A model generated the notes under the pieces. That model searched no databases. It was not told the origin of the DNA and worked only from the letters and a program-made list of their open reading frames with translations. Shown piece by piece: positions 40,797 to 52,059 of a stretch of 64,000 nucleotides of DNA. Position 1 is the stretch's first letter. Every line of letters begins with the position of its first letter. Origin of the DNA: Haliotis rubra (taxonomy: Eukaryota); contig NW_025765514.1 of the NCBI RefSeq assembly GCF_003918875.1, positions 1,488,001 to 1,552,000 on the forward strand. Reading direction: 5' to 3'. The position numbers and the translations under genes were made by a program.

Positions 40797-41503
40797 CCTC
40801 CCAATACATTCTTTGATTTCATAGAATATTCTCCTGATGCATTCTGTGACAAAACCCAAACACACCACCACGGCATACCTCCCAATGCATTCTGTGACAA
40901 AACCCAAACACCATCACCACCACACCACATACCTCCCAATGCATTCTGTGACAAAACCCAAACACCATCACCACCACACCACCATACCTCCCAATGTATT
41001 CTGTGACTAAACCCAACCACACTACCATACCTCCCAATGTATTCTGTGACTAAACCCAGCCACACCACATACCTCCCAATGTGTTCTGTGACTAAACCCA
41101 GCCACACCACATACCTCCCAATGTATTCTGTGACTAAACGCCACCATACCTCCCAATGTATTCTGTGACTAAACCCAACCACACCACATACCTCCCAATG
41201 CATTCTGTGACTAAACGCCACCACACCACCATACCTCCCAATGCATTCTGTGACTAAACGCCACCACACCACCATACCTCCCAATGCATTCTGTGACTAA
41301 ACGCCACCACACCACCATACCTCCCAATGTATTCTGTGACTAAACGCCACCCATACCTCCCAATGCATTCTGTGACTAAACGCCACCACACCACCATACC
41401 TCCCAATGTATTCTGTGACTAAACGCCACCACACCACATACCTCCCAATGCATTCTGTGACTAAACCCAACCACACCACATACCTCCCAATGCATTCTGT
41501 GAC
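40797..41503. repeat. Variable-length (~35-55 bp) minisatellite
   Basis: Core CATACCTCCCAATG(C/T)ATTCTGTGACTAAAC plus variable CAC runs. Confidence 0.93.
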
Positions 41504-42185
41504 TCCCATACCATTGCAGTCTACGGTTGAGGTATTTTAACTGCCCCACCTTCTTATTGCGTTGTTAACCGAACATATTTCTGAAGTGTTTCTCATTTAC
41601 CTATAAGCAGTAGAATCGCTGCACTTGTACGAAATGACGTGTTACAGAAGTAAGACATTGTTTTAAGTTTCAACTAATCAGCAAATCCGCTGTCATGTAC
41701 CACTGGGCTGTCTGGTTTATAATCAGTGGATTATCTGGCCAAGACTAGTTTGTGTACAGGCCACAGAGGTAGTGTGGCGTAAGGCTTGACAAACACTAAA
41801 CATTTAGGAAAGGCAATGGATACCCTTTTCACCACACAAGGTATCAGGACTGATATTCGGTGATTCATTGATATAATTTCCCCACTATTATGTCTTTTAA
41901 TCTAAAGAATTTGTTCCGGCAGATAACCGAGACGATAGCGTTGACTTTCCATGTATTGACTTTGCAGAAAAGGATAAGAGGACTGCTCCCCTCACAATGC
42001 ATGCGCAATCCTGGACTAGCTGATCTGTCAATGCATTCTTTGATGCACGCACCCCAAACACCCCTCCTCCCGCAATGCTCTCTCGCCTTGTCACGGACTT
42101 CAATGACTGCTCCTCCAGTGCATATCCTGTGATAAAACGGACGATTAGACGGTCGAATAATTCACTTCGCATTCGTGCATCATCT

Positions 42186-42593
42186 TTGTGAAACTCCGTT
42201 TATACTGACTGACTGACTGAGTTTAGTTTTACGACGCACTCGGCAATATTCCAGCTATATGGCGGCAGTCTGTAAATAATCGAGTCTGGACCAGACAAAT
42301 CTGTGATCAACAGCATGAGCATCGATCTACGCAATTGGGAACCGATGACACGTGTCAACCAAGTCAGCGAGCCTGATCACGCAACCCCGTCCGTTTATAA
42401 CGAACTACTGTTATAACGAACACGCTTATAACGAACTACTGTTATAACGAACTACTGTTACAACGAACACGCTTATGACGAACTACTGCTATAACGAACA
42501 CGCTTATAACGAACTACTGTTATAACGAACTACTGTTATAACGAACTAAAATGAGTGGTCCCATTGAGTTCGTTATATCCGTTGTTTACTGTA
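42186..42593. mobile_element. Tc1/mariner-type MITE with internal 16-bp TTATAACGAAC repeats, split by a SINE C
   Basis: Right end GAGTTCGTTATATCCGTTGTTTACTG|TA; left end degenerate. Confidence 0.6.
42205..42389 (-). mobile_element. SINE-like family C, 5'-truncated
   Basis: 10-bp TSD TCCGTTTATA at 42195-42204 and 42390-42399. Confidence 0.88.
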
Positions 42594-44110
42594 CTCAAAC
42601 AGAAGACTGAGGTTAGCCCTTGGTTTCATTGAAATGGAGATTATTGTATTGCAGCATTGTTTCCTGTTTGTAAACGGAGAAGCATGAGAAACTATGCCCT
42701 TTAACTTATTTTTTCATGTTTAATTTTACTTTGAAATAATTCTGAGTTAGTGATAGTCTGTTGAAAGGAACTGTACCGTTAGCCACCGCTCAACGAATAT
42801 TTTTTTAAGTCATCCATAAAGGTTATTCAAATGAAATATGTTCGATGTAGTTTAGATCCAGACCAATAATATAGACAGACTTTATTCGTATATGAAGCCA
42901 CGAGGCCGAGAAGACATGGCAATACAGACTGTTTAGTAGCGTGAGCGCGTGGTCATACATTTCATGTAATCATTTGCAAAGATTCATAAGTATATAAATA
43001 CATGTGGAGGAATGAATATACACATTGAATAATAATATATAGCTAGTGATGTTTAAACTTCTCGAGTAGCAATTTAGACTTGGTGCCTAAACCTGAGGGT
43101 AGACAAATACGCAGCATAATAGTGTCAGGCATACAAAGTCGCACGGTAGGGATTAAACTTAGGTCTCACTAGTCTGGAGAGGCCCCCTGTAATGGCTCAA
43201 CGAATACTTCAACGTGATTATATTCTTTAACACACAATTTCATTTAAAACTAATACTTTTTTCTTAAGAAAATACACTAGGATTGTCTGTTTCACAGACA
43301 AATGTATTTAAAAAGAAATATATTTACTTTTATTTTTGTACAATATAGTAAGGACCATGTTGATGTTGTCCACGTGTACGATGCCAAAGACAACGCCATC
43401 TTTTCGACAGGGGATGGAACACAGTTTGTCTTAACCTTCGGAGAACACGTTCGATGTGTCCATTCACTGACTGATGGTTGGTTGACAGTAGTGAACCACA
43501 GACATTTATGATTACAAATCGCTCAACAAATGATGAAGTCGGAACGTTTCTGACCAGGAGTCATAAGCCTTGGAACCATTGGTCATGCTCGGCTCATCGT
43601 CGATCATCAGTCAGAATATTTCTTCTAACATTTTCCTTAGTGGTGGCGGATGAAGGCGTTCCTGATCTCGGACCATCTTGGGTCTCCCCTTCGAACTCTG
43701 GTGCCGCATCTCCTACCTTGGGGAAAGAGAAGGAGCACAATCCCCTTAAGTTCACACAAAGACCACGTGGGTTGTTAGGTTCGGGCCTGTCAGATGCTTG
43801 ATGAGTCTTCTGTTAACAATGTTGTGCATCCACTTATACTTCATTTTGATACCCGCTGAAATATGCTGCCAGGTTGTGTCTTTGTTGAAACCCAGCCTGT
43901 TTGGAAATTATTGCACTGAACATATGCAAACGGTTAAGGATGTCCTTAAACAACCCTCGCAGTTCAGCGCCTTAATTGCCCCACCGGTCGTACAATTGGA
44001 TACCATACCTAGTGCCTGTATGAAAATGATTGTACTGGATATATGCAAACCTTTAAGTATGTACTACACATCCCCCCACAGTTTAATTGTCCCACCGGGC
44101 CTACAGTAGG

Positions 44111-44350
44111 TACCCGTGAAGGTCCGGGTTAGAATGAACCTTCAGTAACCCATGCTTGTCGCAAGAGGCGACCAACGGGATCGGGTGGTCAGGCTCGCTG
44201 GCTTGGTTGACACATGTCATCTGTTCCCAATTGCGCAGATCGATGCTCATGATGTTGATCACTGGATTGTCTGGTCTAGACTCGATTATTTACAGACTGC
44301 CGCCATATAGCTGGAATATTGCTGAGTGCTGCGTAAAAATACACTCACTC
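44111..44350 (+). mobile_element. SINE-like family C, full length
   Basis: Complete head-to-tail consensus. Confidence 0.9.
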
Positions 44351-44715
44351 ACCCTACAACAGGATACCATACCTAGTGTTGGTACGTTCAGTCAGTAACA
44401 TCCCGAGGACACAGGTATATAGCCCTTCAGCACAGTGAAGGCAACTCTGACCTAAATCGTATCTTGTAATCGAGTCATTATCGCAGTGGGTTCAGAGAGT
44501 GGGTAGGTCACTGATATCGAGCTTCAATGGTCGCGGATATTTCATCACATCATGAAACTCAACTCCAACGATGATTCACAAGTGACTCTCCTGACAAGGC
44601 TCCTATACTAGAGAATGAAATACGTACACCCCCACTCTGATATAGGGAACCAGTCCAGACCTTTCTGTTGTCAATAATACATTCACGCCTTTCCGCGGAT
44701 TTTACACAAATCGCA

Positions 44716-44865
44716 GGGTAGCGTAGTGGTTAAAGCGTTCGCTCGTCACGCCGAAGACCCGGGTTCGATTTCCCACATGGGTACAATGTGTGAAGCCCAT
44801 TTCTGGTGTTCCCCGTTCGTGATATCGCTGTGATATTTCTAAAAGCGGCGTAAAAGCCAACTCAC
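44716..44865 (+). mobile_element. SINE family A
   Basis: Consensus match. Confidence 0.88.
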
Positions 44866-45459
44866 AAATACACCGACGGACAAATGGTAGCATGCAAATC
44901 AATTGGTTTTGAGCAACAACACGAATAAAACGTTATCAAAGCTTAAATGTGCCAACAACAACCGCCAAAACACTGCAAACTTAATGTTGAAACGGTGATA
45001 CCCTCATGAAATACAGACAGACAGATTATTTATTAAAGTCGAATACAACAAGCAGTATCTTATTGTTTCATTCTTGCTTGCGTGCTATCCTGCATGAGTG
45101 AGTGACGGGGCATTGTTTACCTTAGCGTCAGCAATCTTGCAGCTATTCTCAGCGAGCTAAATACATAACGACTTAAGATTAATAATCGCATGCATAAAAA
45201 ATACACTATTCGCTTTCTGTCCCCGTTTACAACCACAGGTTGTTTTCATTGTCACCATGACATTATGTTGTTATCATAACCGCATTACCTGAAGCGTGGT
45301 GAAAGTTTAAATATAAATAAACCCGGATAGTGCAGAACAGACAATGCGGATATATGATTCATAAACAGGAATAATATGCCCAGCAAACTAGATCAGGGAA
45401 AAACTCTTACGGTATTTAGCACTAAAAATTATTCAGCCTTGTATAGTTTGTACAGTTAA

Positions 45460-45629
45460 GGGGCGGTGGGGTAGCCTAATGGTTAAAGCGTTGGCTCGTC
45501 ACGCCGAAGACCCGGGTTCGAATCCCCACATGGGTACAATGTGTGAAGCCCATTTCTGGTGTCCCCCGCCGTGATATTGCTGGAATATTGCTAAAAGCGG
45601 CGTAAAACCAAACTCAGTCAGTCAGTCAG
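45460..45629 (+). mobile_element. SINE family A, full length, young
   Basis: 12-bp TSD TTGTACAGTTAA; nearly identical to the 14516 copy. Confidence 0.93.
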
Positions 45630-46371
45630 TTGTACAGTTAATGTAGATTATGAACAAACATTTCGATTCGTCACCCAAACAAAGAGCTGTTATCAGATAA
45701 GCAATGTGAGTGCGGGGGTGTACTGAAGGTATGCCGAACACTGGGGGCAGATAGCAAGGACCTTGAGAGGCGTTATCTGACCGGAGACAATGTGTGTATG
45801 TGACGGGACGCAGCTAACACACTCCGTTACCACGGACAGGTTAGAGAGAACACGACGAGGGTCAGGTTTACAATCTCTGCCTTTACCTACTCGTGGATTG
45901 TTTAACAAAGTCATGTCCGATTTATGATATTGAAGAGTTGTGAATTAACAGGAGAACTGAGATATCGCTCGGTTAACGATTGGTTTTGCCGTTTTGGTAC
46001 TCACAAAACATAGACTTAGTGAGGTTTGTATATGAATAATATGTTTTGCTATCTCCCTCCCNNNNNNNNNNNNNNNNNNNNNNNNNNNNNNNNNNNNNNN
46101 NNNNNNNNNNNNNNNNNNNNNNNNNNNNNNNNNNNNNNNNNNNNNNNNNNNNNNNNNNNNNNNNNNNNNNNNNNNNNNNNNNNNNNNNNNNNNNNNNNNN
46201 NNNNNNNNNNNNNNNNNNCAAACTTGATAGTTATACAGTATATCTTTACACGGACGAGGGAGCTAGGGTCAATTTTAGTGTTGCATCAGGGAATTAGAGA
46301 TGATTAAGACTAAATATTGGTGTTTGGACTGAGAATATGTGTTGTGTGGAGGCGGAACGGGGTGTTGGAGA

Positions 46372-47999
46372 GTGAGGGTGACTGTTCAGGGTTAGCGTTG
46401 AGGGCTGGATTGAGGCTAAGCGTTGAGGGCTGTTTTGAGGGTCAGCGTTGAGTCCAGGGTTCATGGTGAGCGTTGATGGCTGTTTTGAGGGTGAGCATTG
46501 AGTCCAGGTTTCAGGGTGAGCGTTGAAGCCTGCTTTGAGGGTGAGCGTTGAACCCAGGGTTCAGGGTGAGCGTCGCTCAAGGGCCGTTTTGAGGGTGAGC
46601 GTTGAGGGTAGGGTTCAGGGTGAGCGTTGAGTCCAGGGTTCATGGTGAGCGTTGATGGCTGTTTTGAGGGTGAGCATTGAGTCCAGGTTTCAGGGTGAGC
46701 GTTGAAGCCTGCTTTGAGGGTGAGCGTTGAACCCAGGGTTCAGGGTGAGCGTCGCTCAAGGGCCGTTTTGAGGGTGAGCGTTGAGGGCAGGGTTCAGGGT
46801 GAGCGTTGAGTCCAGGGTTCATGGTGAGCGTTGATGGCTGTTTTGAGGGTGAGCGTTGAGTCCAGGTTTCAGGGTGAGCGTTGAAGACTGCTTTGAGGGT
46901 TTAGCGTTGAGGGTGAACGTTGTTTTGAGGGTTAGCTATTGAGGGCTAGGTTGAGGCTGAGCGTTGAGTGCTGTTTTGAGGGTGAGCTATAGTCCTGGGT
47001 TGAGGTTTGCGTTGAGGGCTGGGTTGAGGGTGAGCGTTGAGGGCTAGGTTGAGGGTGTAAGCGTTGAGGGCTGGATTGAAGGTGAGCTATGAGGGCTGAA
47101 TTGCGGGTGAGCGTTAAGAGCTGGGTTGAAGGTGAGCGTTGAGGTCTGGGTTGAGTGTGAGCGTTGAGGGCTGAGTTGAGGATGAGCGTTGAGGGCTGTT
47201 TTGAGGGTGAGCGTTGAGGGCTGTTTTGAGGGTGAGCTTTGTGTCCTGGGTTGAGGGTTAGCGTTGAGGGCTGAGTTGAGGATGAGCGTTGAGGGCTGTT
47301 TTGAGGATGAGCGTTGAGAGTTGGGTTGAAGGTATGCGTTGACTGCTAGGTTGAAGGTGAGCGTTGATGGCTGTGTTGAGGGTGAGCGTTGAGGTCTAGC
47401 TTAAGTTTCCGCGTTGAGGGCTGAGTTGAGGATGAGCGTTGAGGGCTATGTTGGGCTGAGCGTTGAGGGCTGTTTTGAGGGTGAGCGGTGAGAGTTGGGT
47501 TGAAGGTATGCGTTGACTGCTAGGTTGAAGGTGAGCGTTGAGGGCTGTTTGAGGGTGCGCGTTGAGTCCTGGGTTGTGTGTGAGCGTTAAGGGCTGAGTT
47601 GAGGATGAGCGTTGAGAGCTGGGTTGAAGGTATGCGTTGAGGGCTGGGCTGAAGGTGGGCGTTGAGGGCTGTTTTGAGGGTGAGCGTTCAGGGCTGGGTT
47701 GAGGGTGACCGTAGAGTCCTAGTTTGAAGGTGAGGGTGAACCTTGTTTTGAGGGTGAATTTTGAGTCCTGGATTGAGGGCGAGCGTTGAGGGCTGGATTG
47801 GGGCTGAGGGTTGGGGGCTGTTTTGAGAGTGAGCGTTGAGGGCTGTTTTGAGGGTGAGTTTTGAGTCCTGGGTTGGGGGTGAGCGTTGAGGGCTGGATTG
47901 GGGCTGAGGGTTGGGGGCTGTTTTAAGAGTGAGCGTTGAGGGCTGTTTTGAGGGTGAGCCTTGAGTCCTGGGTTGAGGTTTAGCGTTGAGGGCTGGGTT
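46372..47999. repeat. G-rich ~25-bp minisatellite with a 179-bp higher-order repeat
   Basis: Unit GAGGGTGAGCGTTGAGGGCTG(GG/TT)TT; near-identical blocks at 46461 and 46640. Confidence 0.95.
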
Positions 48000-49278
48000 G
48001 GTGTATATATATAGTGTTAGGTTGAGGACTTGGATAAGGGATATATATATGCACTGCACTAAAGTCACCTCTATCACCAACATGTGGGTGAGTTGTTTCT
48101 TGAACATATATCACTTCTTGTTTAAATTTAGATATGATTCGTGCTGCGCGGGTGGGAGTAGTCGGTGTATACAAGGATATAAATCAAGATACTAATCATA
48201 ATTCCTGCAGATTACAACTCTTTAGGAATACCTGTCAACACGAACAATTTGATTTGATTTGTGAACATGCAGTGCTCGAATATACACCAATACAATGCTT
48301 TTACGTTTTTATGGCATTGAAGTCAAAATTTTCAAACCCGTTGGAAATATGTTCATGTACAAATTCACCCTGATCCATCTTTCTCAGTGTGTGCGTGCGA
48401 GTATCTGCGTATGTGCGTGCGTGCGTACGTACGTGCGTGTTGTAAGTGTCTGTGTGTGTTTGTTTGTGTTACTATTTCAGCTACCTTACTTCATCTGCGC
48501 ATATGTTTCACATCAAAGCTTGCATCAGAAATCGTTTGGACTGTAACCGTCTGCGTTTATGTCCCAGGCCTCAGTCAAGTGCCTTGGTTCTTTAAAAAAA
48601 TCATACTTCATAGCTGATAACAATATCAACCAACACAAGAGCCACTGAGTGCATTGTAATCAATGTACCTATCTCCAATGAACTTCAAAATTAAAGAATT
48701 GTACAAACGAATGAACATTATCGTTTATAGAGCTATCACACGCAACAGTCAAGCATTATTGCACCGTTTGTCGGGACCCACTTATAGCCCATGTACACGG
48801 CGACATTCAGTTATTCAATAGCGAGTGTTATAAACTGTCCTGCCCGTCAAGCCACTCAGCCTCAACACAATAATCACGACTCCATATAACGTATTATTTC
48901 ACTAACAAATGAAATCGATGGGAATATTACGAAACGCAACAACGAATATTTGTTGACAGCGATCTGTTTCAACACAACAAAACAATCGTGCTCTGTGAAT
49001 TGATTCATCGATTACTGACGTGTTGTTCCGAATATAGTAACGGTCTTCCCCACGTTTCCTTCCTCTCATACACGTCATTTCTAACTTCGCTGCCCGTCCG
49101 ACTGGTACAGCTGGGATTTCATCACAAAGAGACATCTAGAATTCATTTCACGAAGGGCAAGGTCGTTTACCTCATGAATATTCATGATCAAACGGGCTTA
49201 AAACGTGATGCAGAAAAGCTATTGGTTGTTGACTGGTTAATAAATATGCAAGTAGGGTCAGAGTTGAAGAGGTTACAG

Positions 49279-49338
49279 TGACGCAAGCCCACTGAATATA
49301 TATACCGGCAAGTAGACCAGCTGATTTCATTGTCAGTT
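49279..49338 (+). promoter_or_regulatory. Proximal promoter of bZIP gene 2
   Basis: TGACGCAA (CRE / C-EBP hybrid) at 49279-49286, TATATATA at 49297-49304, Inr-like TCATT at 49327; no ATG between there and 49443. Confidence 0.72.
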
Positions 49339-49442
49339 TAAGTTTCCTCGTTGAACGGACGGATATTTACCCTGACAGTTCACTTTAAACAACACTGGAT
49401 TTTATTCTGCTTGATCTCAGTATCTAAAAGCTTCATTTCAAG

Positions 49443-49691
49443 ATGGTTCGCGTCGTGTGTCAGAATTTCCAGCGGCCGAGAAGCCGGCATACCTCGGGCG
49501 AGTCGCCTTATTCCGTTGATTCGGACTTGGCACGGAGAGCCGCAGAGGCCTTGACCACGATGACCGCCGCGGAGGGACGCAAGTTTGATTCAGATACAGA
49601 AACATCTAGCGATGCCTGTTGGGAATCGGATGGAGGTACATGTTGGGATGCTGGAACTAGCGACAGCGGAGCAGAGCCACCCAAAGACAAG
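49443..49691 (+). CDS. Divergent Fos/BATF-like bZIP (gene 2), coding exon 1 of 3
   Basis: 83 codons MVRVVCQ...PPKDK, Ser/Asp-rich; donor AAG|GTAGGT, phase 0. Confidence 0.8.
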
Positions 49692-50062
49692 GTAGGTTAG
49701 CTTGACCTAATTCACCGAGTTTCAGCTGACGATCAGCTGTGAGGGGCCGCACGTAGAAACTGCACTCCCGTATAGATAAAGCTGTTTACATGATAACAAG
49801 TGTTGACGACATTCATTAATTGTTAGTGGAGTTGCCTATTCATATATCACCGTCACGGGACTATGCGATTGTGCAATAATAGATCCAAGTCATGCTAAAT
49901 GAAATTGCGCAAAAAGTCTTCCGTCAGCAGTTACGCTCAGCTGATCCGTTGCCGACCCTATTCACCTACTGCGCAGGTTGCATTGAAAAGGGAGGTAACT
50001 CGCTGATCAATATTAGCGCGATATCGGCACACGAAGTATTGATGGATTTGGTTGTATTGTAG

Positions 50063-50167
50063 GACGCGCTGTTGAAGAAACGCAAAGCAAGACGGAGGGA
50101 GCGAAATAAGGTTTCAGCACAAGCTTACCGCCAGCGGAGGAAAGAACAGACACTCTCTCAGCAGAAG
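50063..50167 (+). CDS. Divergent Fos/BATF-like bZIP (gene 2), basic-region exon
   Basis: ttgtag|GAC...AAG|GTAAGA; 105 nt, DALLKKRKARRRERNKVSAQAYRQRRKEQTLSQQK. Confidence 0.92.
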
Positions 50168-51825
50168 GTAAGATATATGAAGCGGGAAGATAATGTCTCC
50201 ATTTTTACATTGGGTGTTTAAAAAAAGGCATTCTGATAAAAAGTTTTAAAATCTTAAATTCGAACAAATTGTTGTCCCTGGTGTAATGGTTTTAACAAAT
50301 TCGATTTGATTATACTTCGTTATTCATTCGTTACCGTCGACATTAATATTAAAACATGATTTTCGCTTCGTTTATTTGTTTCTCTCATAATATGATGGAG
50401 CGGATCACGATGGGTGGGGGTGGGATGGTGTTGGGGGGTGGTGGTGTGTGCTTAGATGTCAGCCTATTCACGTCGTTTGGGGTATTATGTGCAACCCCTT
50501 TTTTCAAAATCCTAGATTCACCTCAGTGATGTATCGTTACCATGGAATGGAATGCGTGATCCAGTCATCATGTCATTTGTCATAACTGTATGACCTGAAA
50601 GATGTCACGTTTCCATCATTACGTGTGGGTGGCTCGGAATAGTGATCGAGGTCATTGTCATCAGTGATAAATTATTTTGAAAGTCAGTTTTCAGATTTCA
50701 GTTTTCGAAGCACCCAAAACACGACAATTCCCACCCCGCATGGTAAATTCCCTGCGTAATTGCATCGGTGATAAATTATGATTCATATTCATATGCAATA
50801 TCTGGGTTAGTGAGTGTAGGCATGTTTTGTGTTTGTTTGTTTTTTGGTTTGTTTTTTAGTGAATGTCAGGGTTGTCAGTAATGCAGTACTGCAGATTCAG
50901 ATGTTTTTGTAGGATAAATAAAGCGAAATCCCTTGAACATTTTGGTCGAGAAAAATGGTTGCTTATTGTAACCTTCATTAAAATAACCCAGAGGCTTGCG
51001 TCACAAATTTTGTCCGTTATGTTGTAACTATTTTAATTTACTGCTCACGTAGAGTCTAGTCATAGCTCTAATACAATGTTGTAAGCGGTAAATGATGTTT
51101 CCGATGGCTAAATGTATCACATCTATATTTTATTGTTTTTACATTAAGCCGCGATCGTAATCAAAATTACTTTGTGAACACTTCTGAAGAGCTTTATACC
51201 ATCGCTGTGTCTATTGTTACTCCGAATAGTTGCTAGGCTTATTTAGTGATGGAATGTAAACTGAAAACTCCTGTCACAGATCAGTTGAGATTTTATACAG
51301 AAGAACTTCCCTCTTCTAATCATATATTGTAACATCTGTTACATTCTGCGAACCGGAATACACTTTTAGAGTCTCGTATGAAACGAAAATCTATTTTGTT
51401 ACATTTTCCGTAGCACCTGTAGGGCAAAGTACAGCTTGATTAATTATGTAGTCATCACAGTGGTGATATAGCTTTTAACAAATGCCGTTGTATCAGTCAT
51501 GTGATTCTCGAGCAGGACATTGATGTGAAAATAGAAACGATAACGAAACTAAATGCTACTTCCGCATTCTCGTGGTCACGTGACAGCTGAGTATGCATCA
51601 GGTGGATTGTTAATGGCATGCTTTATTACATTGTGGACTTGAATTATATTGTTGTCATTTGCATGTTTCAAACTTCTGCGTAAAGTAATAAGGTTATCCT
51701 TTCGTACAAAATGTCACCTCTTTTCTTTCCGAAGGTGCGGATTCGATCCCGTGTTTGCTAGTAATTCCTCATTACAATGACTCCACCACTTGAACAATGG
51801 CTAATCCGGTTATCTCCCCTTGCAG

Positions 51826-52059
51826 ATCCTGACTCAGTTGGAGGACCACAAGAAGGAACTGCTTGAGCAGATCGAGAAACTGCAGAAGGAAAAGTGTCAG
51901 GTTGAGACCTTCCTCCGTAGCTGTTTCACTCGACAGGAGCCAGCCCCTCAGGCTTCTTCATCCATGGATACCATGGCTCATCATTTCCATAATAATCATC
52001 GACATCATGAGAATCTGTGTCGTTCTTCCAACATTCCTGCAATCATGAGCGTATCGTGA
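51826..52059 (+). CDS. Divergent Fos/BATF-like bZIP (gene 2), zipper exon with stop
   Basis: ccccttgcag|ATC; ILTQLEDHKKELLEQIEKLQKEKCQVETFL aligns with the Fos zipper; His-rich tail. Confidence 0.9.
   Translation: MLTQLEDHKKELLEQIEKLQKEKCQVETFLRSCFTRQEPAPQASSSMDTMAHHFHNNHRHHENLCRSSNIPAIMSVS

Noticed and set aside
45460-45540. tRNA-Asp gene (and similar heads or B-box relics near 18765, 25260, 55821)
   Set aside because: No proper acceptor stem; this copy continues into a SINE body with a TSD, and the others are isolated fragments
10-51836. Enrichment of AP-1 sites TGA(C/G)TCA
   Set aside because: About eight seen, roughly the chance expectation for two 7-mers in 64 kb
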